A stretch of DNA of 64,000 nucleotides. Origin: Candidatus Latescibacterota bacterium (GTDB lineage: Bacteria; Latescibacterota; UBA2968). The translations under genes were made by a program, and so were the position numbers. The stretch lies in contig OZ242320.1 of assembly GCA_965208125.1 (NCBI GenBank), positions 5,472,001-5,536,000 of the forward strand. The letters are read 5' to 3'. The first letter of the stretch is position 1; the number at the start of each line of letters is the position of its first letter. Below the pieces are notes generated by a model. That model saw only the letters and a list, made by a program, of their open reading frames with translations. It did not search any database and was not told the DNA's origin. Below, piece after piece: positions 42,758 through 53,144 of this stretch.

Positions 42758-43690
42758 TTATTGCGAAGGGCGGGGCAGCACCATAAAACCCACCGAATCC
42801 ACAGACGCAGATCCAAAAATCCCTATGCCCCCATCAACGTGAAACAGCGGCCGCTCAAAATTGTCACCTGCCAGGCCGCCAGGCTGAAACGCATTACCAT
42901 CGTCATCTTGAAAAAACTCGGGCACAGAGCGAATCAAATCAAACCAGTTCTTGTCAACCGCATAAATGCGAATGACATGAGGCCCGGCATATGCCACAAT
43001 AAACCAGGGCATACGCAAATTGCCATCTGAGGCTTCCAATGCAGGCGAACTGCCGTATCGATCAAAATTGATTTCGTCAAAAAAATCAGAATTAACCAAA
43101 AAATCCGACGAGCGATCCAGACTTTCAATGGCTATCTGGTAGCCACTGACAGGAAGCGGATCAAATCGCATTTCCAGAAGGCCATCTTGATAGACAACGC
43201 GATTCTCCTGCACATTGCCATCTTCATATCTCTTCAATGGGCGGATGACCTCGAGCGTCTCATCATCTAATAATGCCACCTCTTGAATATCCAATCTGTC
43301 GGGCGTGATCGTCTGTGCTGTGGCTTCCCTGCCCTGTGATCGCACGCGCAGATTATAAGTTGTATTTGGCAAAACGAGCGGGGCATTGGGCGGGGGGCGA
43401 TAAGACCCTGAGGAGAAACCCGAACCCGGACTGTACAAAAACGTCTGTTCCCCCTGAGTAATCACGACCTCGGCATCACCTACACCTGCCCAGCGTTCAG
43501 AATACGCCACGTTTGCTTTTACCGTCTCACTAACCAGCACTTGAGGTAGGGGTTTATCGACAACCAGCAGCGCATCCACAACCAGAACACCCGAAGCATC
43601 GGGACCAAAAAGACTCGACGGATCGCGCTCGGCCTTACATCCCATCAGCGCGATCAGGCAGCCCATCATCAAAACGAAATATTTCATCAT
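42758..43690 (-). CDS. DUF4249-like lipoprotein partner of a TonB-dependent receptor
   Basis: Lipobox LMGC; LVVDALL; C-terminal VDGGIGIFGS. Directly downstream of the TBDR. Confidence 0.7.
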   Translation of the reverse strand: MMKYFVLMMGCLIALMGCKAERDPSSLFGPDASGVLVVDALLVVDKPLPQVLVSETVKANVAYSERWAGVGDAEVVITQGEQTFLYSPGSGFSSGSYRPPPNAPLVLPNTTYNLRVRSQGREATAQTITPDRLDIQEVALLDDETLEVIRPLKRYEDGNVQENRVVYQDGLLEMRFDPLPVSGYQIAIESLDRSSDFLVNSDFFDEINFDRYGSSPALEASDGNLRMPWFIVAYAGPHVIRIYAVDKNWFDLIRSVPEFFQDDDGNAFQPGGLAGDNFERPLFHVDGGIGIFGSASVDSVGFMVLPRPSQ

Positions 43691-43697
43691 ACCCCTC

Positions 43698-45920
43698 TTA
43701 AAAATTAAAATTAATCCCCAGCGTTGGCACGATTGGCAACATCTTGATCACATCTGGATCAGACTCATCAAAAATGACAAACCACTCATTGCGCCGATTA
43801 AATACGTTAAACACCTGAACGTAAAACTCCCCGTTCACCTCAAACGCGCGAAACCGCATCTTCACATTTAAATCCAATCTCTGATAAGGCAACAAGCGAG
43901 CACTATTGCGGTCTGAAGGCAGCACCAGGTTTTCTATTTGCCGGTGGGGCACTGCGGGCGAGCGCAATGAATAACGCGCAGATGCAGGAGTAAATGCCTG
44001 CCCCGTGCCATAGACATAATTCGCCCCAAATGACCACCGGCCCAGGCGATAATTGGTCACAAAAGACACATCGTGGCGGCGGTCGTATTTGGGGGGAAAC
44101 GCCTTGCCCTGATTGAGTTCGGCAAATGTGCGGCGCGTCCACCCCAGCGTATAACCTATCCATCCCGTCAATCGTCCGGTGCGGCGCTGTAAAAAGACTT
44201 CGACGCCAGTTGCATACCCGGTTCCCTCACTCACAAACGTATCCTCTACGGTCTTCGCATCAATATCTGCGGCGATGCGATTGTCCAGTACAATCAGATT
44301 CGCCATATCGGTATAATAGGCTTCCACAGTAGCCTGGTAACGCTCGGAAGGTTCCCACTCCACACCTGCCACACTCTGCCAGGACCGTCCGGGTTCTACC
44401 GACTCATCCAGCGGCACCCAGTAATCACCGCCGCTAAACAACTCGGTAGTCACCAACTGCAAATACTGGTGAAATGAACCGCCAGCCGCCTTCCAGCGCC
44501 AGTTGCCCGTCCGGTAGCTCATTGACAAACGCGGCTCGACATGAAAGCGATCACCTGCGCTAAAATAACTGCTCCGCATACCCAGACGAATATCTGTTGC
44601 AGAGCCAGGCTGCCAGTGATCTTGCACATACGCCGATAGCAAATTGGGCTTTTCGCGCAGGTCAAGCTGGTCATCCTGATTAAATTCCTGATTAAATTCA
44701 AAATTGTAATGCGTTGCCAAAAATCCACTACTTAAGGCGTGATCGCGTGCGGCAAACCAATCGATGTCTCCTTTGACCGTAATATCTCGAATGCTGTTGG
44801 CAAACAGAATGCGCGTATCGAGAATATTCAGTTCTGTCTTGCTGGCGTAATGGCTACCCGCCACCACAAAATTGCCAAATAGAGCAGGCGAAAACACATG
44901 CGTCCACTTGCCCAAAAAAGCGGTATTACCCCATCGAATACCGAAAAATGCATCCTCGTCAACATCAAAACTCAGATCATCTCGACCAAAATACCCACTT
45001 ATCTGCACTTTGTCATTATCCGAAAAATCCTGATTGAGCTTGGCATTCAAATCGTAAAAATAATACGTGGGAACATCTGTGTCTTCATTCCGGATGATAG
45101 ACAATAGCGGATCGATATAAGTGCGCCGCCCAGACACCATCCACGATCCTTTTCGGGTTGGGCCTTCGAGCGTCAAACGCGCGGCAATAAGACTTACCCC
45201 TCCGCTGGCATCAAATCCCTTGCGATTGCCGTCCTTATTGTGTACATCGAGCACCGACCCCAAACGCCCGCCATATTTCGCCGGATAAGCCCCTTTGTGC
45301 AAACTCATATCCCGAATGGCATCGGGATTAAACGTAGAGAAGAAGCCAAATGCGTGCGATGGATTGTAAAGCGGCATTTGATCCAACAGAATCAAAGTCT
45401 GATCTGGTCCACCACCGCGGATATAAAGCCCCGAACTGATATCCGACGCGGCCTGAATGCCGGGCAAAAGGTGTAATGAGCGCAAAATATCCGTCTCGCC
45501 AATGGCCGGCATCTCGCGGATTTTTGCCGTTTCTACCTCGACAAAACCCGGCTGAATGCGCTGCTCTTCCTCCTCGCGCTTGGCCTCCACCACGATCTCT
45601 TCCACGACTATTAGCTCGGGTTTGAGTTGCACATCGAGCCGCCTTGTTTCGCCCGCTCGAAAAGTCAGCGTATCCTGAAAACTGATATACCCGATATAGG
45701 AGATAGTCAACACATAGGGGATATCCTCAGGCACCCCTTGAATGGCGTAATACCCATCCACATTGCTCAGTGCACCAATGGGCCTTTCTGACCCTTTTAA
45801 CACCACGTTCGCATAAGGCAGCGACTCGCCATTACTCCGATCCGAAATAAATCCACTCAGCGTTGCCGCCCGAACAGATAATGGCAACAACATCAACAAC
45901 AGCACCCCCAAAAACTTCAT
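43698..45920 (-). CDS. TonB-dependent receptor with N-terminal carboxypeptidase-regulatory-like domain
   Basis: GESLPYANV; plug LPGI..GLYIRGG; FNPDAI; YGGRLGSVLD; YDRRH; C-terminal Phe. Confidence 0.92.
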   Translation of the reverse strand: MKFLGVLLLMLLPLSVRAATLSGFISDRSNGESLPYANVVLKGSERPIGALSNVDGYYAIQGVPEDIPYVLTISYIGYISFQDTLTFRAGETRRLDVQLKPELIVVEEIVVEAKREEEEQRIQPGFVEVETAKIREMPAIGETDILRSLHLLPGIQAASDISSGLYIRGGGPDQTLILLDQMPLYNPSHAFGFFSTFNPDAIRDMSLHKGAYPAKYGGRLGSVLDVHNKDGNRKGFDASGGVSLIAARLTLEGPTRKGSWMVSGRRTYIDPLLSIIRNEDTDVPTYYFYDLNAKLNQDFSDNDKVQISGYFGRDDLSFDVDEDAFFGIRWGNTAFLGKWTHVFSPALFGNFVVAGSHYASKTELNILDTRILFANSIRDITVKGDIDWFAARDHALSSGFLATHYNFEFNQEFNQDDQLDLREKPNLLSAYVQDHWQPGSATDIRLGMRSSYFSAGDRFHVEPRLSMSYRTGNWRWKAAGGSFHQYLQLVTTELFSGGDYWVPLDESVEPGRSWQSVAGVEWEPSERYQATVEAYYTDMANLIVLDNRIAADIDAKTVEDTFVSEGTGYATGVEVFLQRRTGRLTGWIGYTLGWTRRTFAELNQGKAFPPKYDRRHDVSFVTNYRLGRWSFGANYVYGTGQAFTPASARYSLRSPAVPHRQIENLVLPSDRNSARLLPYQRLDLNVKMRFRAFEVNGEFYVQVFNVFNRRNEWFVIFDESDPDVIKMLPIVPTLGINFNF

Positions 45921-46052
45921 TATTGCTCCTTCTAATACTAATCGTATGAATTAACATGGCACGGTTTATTGCCTGCTATAGCAAAGTCGGGGAGCGGGGT
46001 ACAACTGCGCCAGCAGTTCAAAGGATTTCCCGACTACAACGCGCTTACTGTT

Positions 46053-46074
46053 GGAGCGGCATCCCTGCCGCGAT
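46053..46074. repeat. Short REP-like palindrome
   Basis: GGA-GCGGCA-TCCC-TGCCGC-GAT. Only one copy in the window. Confidence 0.45.
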
Positions 46075-46125
46075 CTCGCTTACTGACCGTCCATAGTGTT
46101 ATAACACTCATCAACGGTCAACGTG

Positions 46126-46584
46126 TCACCAGATACTCCTTTTTGTGGCAACAACTCCTTCGCGCTGGGCAATTAACCGGATGCGCTCTTGAATACGCGC
46201 GAGAATCAATTGTAGCCGATCTCTATCGGCATCTGATAATCCATCATTGCGCCAGGGATCCTCACTGCTTCTTTTTTGCTTGGTCATCTGCACATTGACC
46301 TCATGAGTTAAAAAATCCATCACAACCGAAATGCGCGTGCGCCGCGAAACATCCAAAAAAGTCTGACTGGCATAACTCGACTCGTCGCGCCAGGCCGTCG
46401 TGACCACACCAGCCACGGGATCAACCGTTTCTACGGTATAGCCTTCTTCGTGCAAAATAGTCACGGCGGCATTGGCAAATGCCTCGGGAGAAATTTTTTC
46501 AACTGACCCCGATATCGACACGGGATCAACCACATTGCAACCCAGCGAAAAACCCAACAAAATAAGAATCGTAACGTATTTCAT
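46126..46584 (-). CDS. Hypothetical lipoprotein
   Basis: Lipobox FSLGC; GYTVETVDPVAGVVTT; GGAGG RBS. Confidence 0.7.
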   Translation of the reverse strand: MKYVTILILLGFSLGCNVVDPVSISGSVEKISPEAFANAAVTILHEEGYTVETVDPVAGVVTTAWRDESSYASQTFLDVSRRTRISVVMDFLTHEVNVQMTKQKRSSEDPWRNDGLSDADRDRLQLILARIQERIRLIAQREGVVATKRSIW

Positions 46585-46804
46585 ACTATCCCTCCAGCTA
46601 AAAGTTCCAGATTATCCGGAAAACCTGCTCGCGTTGAAGACAGACCCCGCACTGCCTCCTAACTGCAACTTCTGTGCCAGATGGACTCAAAACAAAAGAA
46701 AATTATAACATCATTATTTTTAATACGTTACAAAAATTCACCCGACTAAAAATTTTCAAAAATAAATGTAGCAAAAATTCACACTGTGCGTCAATATCAC
46801 AATG

Positions 46805-46840
46805 AAAAAGGCCCCTTCCTTTATGGTAGGGGCCTTTTTT
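46805..46840. terminator. Bidirectional intrinsic terminator
   Basis: AAAAAGGCCCCT...AGGGGCCTTTTTT. Confidence 0.8.
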
Positions 46841-46842
46841 GA

Positions 46843-47301
46843 TCATTCCGATAAAACTAAAAACAATTCTACATCGGCTTGTACTGCATTCCAAACATCT
46901 CTCAAGTCCCACACAGGGTTTTGCATTTTATCCCACACCAGGACAAATGTATAAGTATGCCTTGATACATGGCGAAAACCAAGATATGGCTGAAGGCGTT
47001 CTACGGTTGCTCGAGAGATGACAGGCTTTCGAAACTCGGTTTTGCGTCCCATCTGAAGCAAAAGATCCTTGTGCCAGGATTCTCCTGCAGGAATTTGCCC
47101 ATCAACCCGTTTGCCAATTGTCTGAAAAATATTTTCTACACCATTGTAGAAAGATTGCAATACGGCACCAAGGGCTGTATATTCTATCAGCGTTGGCGCA
47201 ATTGATCGAGAAGACTCAATGAGATCATCGTATTCAGAGAGCAATTTTTCAATCTGTTGCAATTCACGCCGCACCAGAACTCGGGTCCGATCATCCAACA
47301 T
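46843..47301 (-). CDS. HEPN (HepT/DUF86-like) RNase toxin
   Basis: SFYNGVENIF; WHKDLL; RX4HXY motif RHVSRHTY. Confidence 0.88.
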   Translation of the reverse strand: MLDDRTRVLVRRELQQIEKLLSEYDDLIESSRSIAPTLIEYTALGAVLQSFYNGVENIFQTIGKRVDGQIPAGESWHKDLLLQMGRKTEFRKPVISRATVERLQPYLGFRHVSRHTYTFVLVWDKMQNPVWDLRDVWNAVQADVELFLVLSE

Positions 47302-47599
47302 GGATCAAAGTCGCTTCGCGTTCAAGAAAGGATGCCAGGTCGGCATCTGAATCCAGGTCTATAAGGTCTGTGACTCGTGTAAGTTCTAAGAGCAGCCTAC
47401 CTTGCAGATTGTAAAATTTATCTGGTGGGCACCCTCTGACGGCAAAGTCGATATCAGACCGGTCAGTGACGCGCCCTTCGGCAACAGATCCAAAGATATA
47501 GATAGATTTACATCCTTCGGACTTCAATATATCCACGCCTTTTTCAATATCTCGCAATATTGTGTCTGACAACTCTGGAAGACTGTCAACAATTGCCAT
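47291..47599 (-). CDS. Minimal nucleotidyltransferase (MntA-like) antitoxin
   Basis: GS-X10-DXD motif GSVAEGRVTDRSDID. Overlaps the HEPN start. Confidence 0.9.
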   Translation of the reverse strand: MAIVDSLPELSDTILRDIEKGVDILKSEGCKSIYIFGSVAEGRVTDRSDIDFAVRGCPPDKFYNLQGRLLLELTRVTDLIDLDSDADLASFLEREATLIHVG

Positions 47600-47640
47600 T
47601 CTGTTGCACTCCTTTTACACCGTAAGTACCCATAAAATAA

Positions 47641-47716
47641 TGGAGCCATCCAGCGGATTCGAACCGCCGACCGCCTGATTACGAATCAGGTGCTCTACCA
47701 ACTGAGCTAGGATGGC
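47641..47716 (-). tRNA. tRNA-Thr (anticodon CGT)
   Basis: The reverse complement GCCATCCTAGCTCAGTTGGTAGAGCACCTGATTCGTAATCAGGCGGTCGGCGGTTCGAATCCGCTGGATGGCTCCA forms a cloverleaf with a TTCGAA T-loop and encoded CCA. Confidence 0.97.
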
Positions 47717-47808
47717 TCTAAGATATAAAAAAATACTGTTCTCGTTCCAGGCGAAAAATACACAAAGCATTAAAAACTGTCAAGAACGAAGAAAAAAAGG
47801 AGGTACCA

Positions 47809-48591
47809 ATGAAATTTGTCGTCGCTGTCGATTGCGAAGGCGTAGCCTGTGGCGTGGGATCGCCTGGCGCATCCCTGAACTCTTCACGGAATTTAGAATT
47901 CGCAAAATTACAGGCCACGCGAGAAGCGGATGCGGCTGTCCGCGGATTATTTGCAGCCGGTGCTGAACAGGTAATTGTATGGGATAATCACAACGGGAGT
48001 TTGAATCTGAATTACGATCTCCTGGACGAGCGGTGTGATATCGCGCTCGGCGTGGGATTTGAACACCGATTTCCCGGCATGAACGAATCATTTGATGGCG
48101 TAGCGCTGGTCGGTTATCACGCCATGGACAATACAATTGACGGCGTGATGTGTCATACCTTTAGCTCGGCGACGTATCAATGGATCAAGATCAACGGACG
48201 AGAAGTGGGAGAGATGGCCATAGACGCGGCCGTTGCGGGAGAGCGAGGGGTGCCCGTCATTTTTGCCTCAAGTGACGATAAGGGAACCGCGGAAGCCGAA
48301 TGTTTTTTCCCCGGCGTCGTCACTGTCACGACCAAGCAGGGGATGGGATGGAATTGTGCGGTGAGCAAACACCCCAAACGGGTGGTAAATGAGATCTATG
48401 AAACAATCCAGAACGCCGTAGCCAAACGCAACGCCATAAAACCCTTTTCATTTTCATCGCCTCTCACCATGGAAGTGCGCTATAAACGGCTCGAATCCGC
48501 GCAGTCGGCCAGCCGTGGATTTTCCGGCGCAGAGCGCGTTGATCCCTATACCGTGAAGCGAACACTGCAATCCATCCAGGATTATTATTGA
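47809..48591 (+). CDS. M55 family D-aminopeptidase (DppA-like)
   Basis: VDCEG; DNH; VGYHA; HTFS; GEM; HPK. Confidence 0.9.
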   Translation: MKFVVAVDCEGVACGVGSPGASLNSSRNLEFAKLQATREADAAVRGLFAAGAEQVIVWDNHNGSLNLNYDLLDERCDIALGVGFEHRFPGMNESFDGVALVGYHAMDNTIDGVMCHTFSSATYQWIKINGREVGEMAIDAAVAGERGVPVIFASSDDKGTAEAECFFPGVVTVTTKQGMGWNCAVSKHPKRVVNEIYETIQNAVAKRNAIKPFSFSSPLTMEVRYKRLESAQSASRGFSGAERVDPYTVKRTLQSIQDYY

Positions 48592-48616
48592 GATATGCGA
48601 AAACACAGGAGAAAAA

Positions 48617-50083
48617 ATGAAAATTCTACTCGCGGCCTTCAAACAAGAAACCTCCAGCTTTAACCCCGCGCGCACACCCTACAATATGTTCAACGTGCGA
48701 TTTGGCGATGAACTGCTCGCGCTGCGAGGCAGCAATACTGAAATTGCTGGCGCACTCGACATCTTTGCCGAACGCGAAGACATTGACCTGGTACCCATCT
48801 ATTCAGCATCATCTGTATCCGGCGGGCCAGTCGCCGACGAAGATCTCAACAGACTCATGGACGAACTGCTCACAGGCATTCGCAACCATGCACCCGCAGA
48901 CGGAATGCTCATGGTCTTTCACGGTGCAATGGCCGGTGAAACCGAAGTCGATCCCGAAGGACATGTCCTCACCGAAATCCGCAACATCCTCGGCGATGTG
49001 CCCATTGTCACCACCTTTGACCTGCACGGCATCATCACCGACCGCCTCATCGCACAATCCGATATCATGGTTCCCTTTCACACGTATCCGCACATCGACA
49101 TGTACGAAACCGGACAACGGGGTGCGTGCAACCTGCTCGCTCTTCTCGATGGCGATATCAAACCCACCGTCGCGCATATCCGATTGCCCATGCTCGTGCG
49201 AGGCGACGAACTCATCACCAAAACCGGACGATTTGGTCAGGCCATCCGCTGGTGCCAGGAAATAGAAAATACCGAAGGGGGCCTGGGTAGCGGTGTATAT
49301 ATCGGCAATCCCTTCACCGATGTACCCGACCTGCGCTCCAACGTCATTGTCTTTACCGACAACGATCCCAAACGCGCACAACGCGAAGCCAAACGCATCG
49401 CCCAGTACATGTGGGACAATCGCGACCATTTCACCGCGCCACTCACCGCGATCCCAGACGCCATTCGCCTGGCTGAAGAAACTCAGGGTCTCACCGTCTT
49501 TTCCGACGCTGCCGATGCCACATCTTCGGGCGCATCAGGCGATAGCAATGCCATTCTCAAGGGACTGTTTGAACACAATTACCAGGGCCGCGCACTCCTG
49601 CCCATTGTCGATCCCCCGGCCGTTGAAGCGGCCTTTCGCGCAGGTGTAGGTGCCACCATAACCATACCCATTGGCGGTGCCATTGACAAAGCGCGTTTTT
49701 CTCCCATTGAATGCGAAGTCTATATCCAACTGCTCACCGATGGGGCATATATCACAGGCACGGGCACATCGGGACATGCCGGCAACACGGCTGTGCTCCA
49801 GGCCGGGACTTACAACATCATGGCGACCACGCGCCCGGTCAGTATCATGGACCGCAAAGTCTTTGAATCACGCGGCCTCAACCCGCGAGACTTTGATCTG
49901 GTCGTGTGCAAATCGCCCAACGGCTTTCGCGTTCACTACGAAGAAATTGCCACCCGAATCGTACCTGTTGACGCACCCGGCTCCACAAGTGCCAACTTAA
50001 AAACCCTGCCCTTTACCGAATGCCAGCGCCCTATATTTCCACTGGACGATGGCGTACAACCACCACGAGAAATAGATAGATAG
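48617..50083 (+). CDS. M81 family metallopeptidase (MlrC-like)
   Basis: QETSSFNP; FHGAM; DPEG; DLHG; TYPHIDM; RPIFPLD. Confidence 0.9.
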   Translation: MKILLAAFKQETSSFNPARTPYNMFNVRFGDELLALRGSNTEIAGALDIFAEREDIDLVPIYSASSVSGGPVADEDLNRLMDELLTGIRNHAPADGMLMVFHGAMAGETEVDPEGHVLTEIRNILGDVPIVTTFDLHGIITDRLIAQSDIMVPFHTYPHIDMYETGQRGACNLLALLDGDIKPTVAHIRLPMLVRGDELITKTGRFGQAIRWCQEIENTEGGLGSGVYIGNPFTDVPDLRSNVIVFTDNDPKRAQREAKRIAQYMWDNRDHFTAPLTAIPDAIRLAEETQGLTVFSDAADATSSGASGDSNAILKGLFEHNYQGRALLPIVDPPAVEAAFRAGVGATITIPIGGAIDKARFSPIECEVYIQLLTDGAYITGTGTSGHAGNTAVLQAGTYNIMATTRPVSIMDRKVFESRGLNPRDFDLVVCKSPNGFRVHYEEIATRIVPVDAPGSTSANLKTLPFTECQRPIFPLDDGVQPPREIDR

Positions 50084-50084
50084 T

Positions 50085-51155
50085 ATGACACACCTGCTAT
50101 GCCAAATCTGTGGGAAGATCTTTAGCGCCGATACCTTGCAGTGGCGCTGCACCTGCGGAGGCCTCTTTGACCTCCATTTTGAAACTGAACTTTGCGTTGA
50201 CGCACTTCCCCACCGCCCCCCCACCCTGTGGCGCTACCGCGAAGCCATACCCATTGAAGACGATGTCCATATCGTCACCCTTGATGAAGGATTCACGCCG
50301 CTGACACCCATAACCATCACCGGCAAATCCCTTCTCGTCAAACAAGATCACCTGTTTCCATCCGGCTCGTACAAAGACCGCGGTGCAACCGTTTTAATCA
50401 GCCATGCAAAAGCATTGGGCGTTCAGAAAATGGTCGAAGATTCATCGGGCAACGCCGGTGCGGCTGTCGCGGCTTACGCAGCGCGTGCGGAAATTGCCTG
50501 CGACATCTACGTTCCCGACAGCACATCAGCCGCAAAACTCGCGCAAATCCAGAGTTATGGCGCAACCCTTTACAAAATCCCAGGTACGCGAGAGGATACG
50601 GCGCGCGCGGTTCAAGACGCGGCGCAAAAACACTTTTATGCAAGCCATGTCTGGAGTCCCTTCTTCTTTCACGGCACAAAAACATTTGCCTATGAAATCT
50701 GGGAACAACGCAATTTCATCGCGCCAGATACACTCATCATACCAACGGGAAATGGAACGCTACTAATTGGGGCTTACATCGGATTCACAGACCTTCTCAA
50801 ACAGAATTTGATCACCCACCTGCCCAAACTCATCGCCGTTCAATCCGCCCATTGCGCCCCTCTCACACCCAACTGGGTGGACAACTCCTCCGCGACCATC
50901 GCCGAAGGCATCGCCATTGCAGAACCAGCCCGTGCAGCACAGATCATGCAGTGCATTGATAAAACCGAAGGCGACATCCTCACCGTTGACGACGACGAAA
51001 CGCGCAATGCCCAAAAACTAATGGCCGAAATGGGCTTTTACATCGAACCCACTTCGGCCACAGCCATTGCAGCTTATGTGAAATACCCATCTCAAAAAGA
51101 CGAAATCGTCGTCGCTCCCCTCACGGGACACGGTCTAAAGTCTTCGGGAAAGTAG
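50085..51155 (+). CDS. Threonine synthase-like PLP enzyme
   Basis: CxxC..CxCG; EGFTP; PSGSYKDRG; DSSGNAG; PTGNG; EPTSA; LTGHGLK. Confidence 0.88.
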   Translation: MTHLLCQICGKIFSADTLQWRCTCGGLFDLHFETELCVDALPHRPPTLWRYREAIPIEDDVHIVTLDEGFTPLTPITITGKSLLVKQDHLFPSGSYKDRGATVLISHAKALGVQKMVEDSSGNAGAAVAAYAARAEIACDIYVPDSTSAAKLAQIQSYGATLYKIPGTREDTARAVQDAAQKHFYASHVWSPFFFHGTKTFAYEIWEQRNFIAPDTLIIPTGNGTLLIGAYIGFTDLLKQNLITHLPKLIAVQSAHCAPLTPNWVDNSSATIAEGIAIAEPARAAQIMQCIDKTEGDILTVDDDETRNAQKLMAEMGFYIEPTSATAIAAYVKYPSQKDEIVVAPLTGHGLKSSGK

Positions 51156-51171
51156 AGGCTAAAGATCGGTC

Positions 51172-53124
51172 TCAGGGATAGCAGCTAACAAAGATGAGGA
51201 AATCGGCAAAATTAATGGTGCCATCGTTATTCAAGTCCATGCGACCATCAAAGCCAAAGTCTGATGTTTGTTTTTCATAAACCGCAACAAATAACAAAAA
51301 ATCGGCAAAATTCACCGCTCCATCGCCATTAAAATCGCACTGGGCAAGAGGCGTATTATTCTTCGTGTTGTTCACCAATATCACATTATCCAGTATCTCG
51401 ATGCCATTGCCCTCCAGACCGACCACGGAATGTTGAATTTTACAATTTTTCAAGGTCGCGGTGCCGTAATTGCGGATGCCATACCAATCGCCGGCTTTCG
51501 GACGAGATGAATGTTCAGTTATTTGACCTTCAAATGCGATTTGCTGCCCCCCTGACGCATCGGCATTTATCGTTCCGTAGTTCACAATATCGACGCGCAC
51601 TGGATCTGCAATGTCGTGAATATCCCGATTGGGATACGCGCGGATCAGCGTTCCTTCCTCAATCGTCAAGGTCGCACCAGGATACACCACAATATCACCC
51701 ACGAGGTCAATGGTATCTCGCCAGGTAACCGCTTGAAGAATGGGGTAGTGGTGAAAATCGGTATGAGGAATCTCTTTACTGTCATAACTGCCGGTTTCAA
51801 ATTTATTCCAGTTGCTTTTGTGAAACGGTCCCTCGGGAGATTTATTTTGAACAATCGCAGTTATTGGTAGCCAATCCAAAGGCGAATCCACTTCGAGTTC
51901 GCCCCATCTTACTTCGGCCCCCAACCAACTCATGTCTGCAGACAACCCCATATTATGGGCGTTATCTCGATCGGGCGTGGGCAAAAGCACCAAATCATAA
52001 TATTGTGCGAGATCGGGATTTGTATTTTCATCAATCTCGGTACTCAAGACAATCCCACGGTTTGTCAGATGTTCCGTAAGATCAATAAACCATATTCTCC
52101 GGGGATAATCACCACCGGTTGGAAAACTGCCATGGGAACCTGCCCCTATATAAACGACGGGATGCGTGCCCCCTTCTGCCGGAGCAAATTCTTTCTGAGG
52201 ATTGAATTTTCTGCCGCCCTTTTTTATATAACTTAACCCATCACCGTGAAACGAGTAGTTCACGCCAAAAAGCTCTGCCTTAGCGGTATCGCGGTCTGTT
52301 ATAATGACGTCAATGAACGGCCAATCCCCTTCGTGGTTGTTTTTCCAATCATTAAAAGGATAAAAGTAATAATACCGTATTGTAAATTTGTTGTGATATG
52401 CGGGAACACTGCTCTCAATCTGAAAAATATGCGCGTATGCTGTATTCTTAAAATGCTTTCCAGCGTGAGGGTGAATAGTATTTTCATAATGGTAATACCA
52501 GTTTTCCTTGTCATCGCCTTTTTCCTTATTGCCGGGATAGTCAAAATGTGGATCAAAAAAAAGTGCCGAATCTACCTGTGCTATTTGTGCTATCTCTATA
52601 GAACTTATCTTTGCAGAACCTTCCTGTATAGGATCTATTTGGATTGCTGCCTGTACAGGACCTGCCTGGACAGAACGGGTTTCTAACACTTTTAAGACGT
52701 CTAACAATATCGTATCCCGATAAATGAACTCTTTGGGTAAAAAAGCAAATTCATTTTTTGAAAAATCGACTTTGGGAAGCGAATTGAATTTGGGAAACGC
52801 TTTTATTACATCTGAATATTTGTAATTTCCGATATACCCTTGATCGTATTTCCCTTCCGTTGTTCGGCCATAGACTTTCACTGAAAACCAAAGGCTATAA
52901 GCGGATTTCGCGCCCATGATTTCTACGGGTTCGGGGAATATTACTTTGCGACCTGGGTTCTCTGGTTCTTCTGCCAAAATCAAAATTGGAGAAAATTTCT
53001 CGGCGAGCAATTCGTCTTGCGTTTTGCTATCGGCAAGACTCGAAAATACAAAGAACAATATCGTCGCTATCCCTATCCCGTAAGCCCCACTACTGAACAA
53101 GTTTTGTACAAATTGTAAATTCAT
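51172..53124 (-). CDS. Secreted hypothetical protein: Vps62/NPP1-like HEGDW domain, beta-helix-like segment and dockerin-like EF-hand pair
   Basis: LAEKFSPIL; YYYFYPFNDW..HEGDW; HPVVYIGAGSH; GATLTIEEGT; DFNGDGAVNFADFLLF and DLNNDGTINFADFLIF. Start uncertain. Confidence 0.65.
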   Translation of the reverse strand: MNLQFVQNLFSSGAYGIGIATILFFVFSSLADSKTQDELLAEKFSPILILAEEPENPGRKVIFPEPVEIMGAKSAYSLWFSVKVYGRTTEGKYDQGYIGNYKYSDVIKAFPKFNSLPKVDFSKNEFAFLPKEFIYRDTILLDVLKVLETRSVQAGPVQAAIQIDPIQEGSAKISSIEIAQIAQVDSALFFDPHFDYPGNKEKGDDKENWYYHYENTIHPHAGKHFKNTAYAHIFQIESSVPAYHNKFTIRYYYFYPFNDWKNNHEGDWPFIDVIITDRDTAKAELFGVNYSFHGDGLSYIKKGGRKFNPQKEFAPAEGGTHPVVYIGAGSHGSFPTGGDYPRRIWFIDLTEHLTNRGIVLSTEIDENTNPDLAQYYDLVLLPTPDRDNAHNMGLSADMSWLGAEVRWGELEVDSPLDWLPITAIVQNKSPEGPFHKSNWNKFETGSYDSKEIPHTDFHHYPILQAVTWRDTIDLVGDIVVYPGATLTIEEGTLIRAYPNRDIHDIADPVRVDIVNYGTINADASGGQQIAFEGQITEHSSRPKAGDWYGIRNYGTATLKNCKIQHSVVGLEGNGIEILDNVILVNNTKNNTPLAQCDFNGDGAVNFADFLLFVAVYEKQTSDFGFDGRMDLNNDGTINFADFLIFVSCYP

Positions 53125-53144
53125 AGCTATCTGCGGATAAGCCT

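Noticed and set aside
45975-46040. Cobalamin riboswitch upstream of the TonB-dependent receptor
   Set aside because: A stem (AGTCGGG...CCCGACT) is present, but the B12-box and the CCCGCAACTGT-type core were not recognisable. An Infernal search would be needed.
46840-47640. tRNA-integrated mobile element with att sites
   Set aside because: No duplicated tRNA 3' end and no recombinase were found, so it is reported only as a TA islet.
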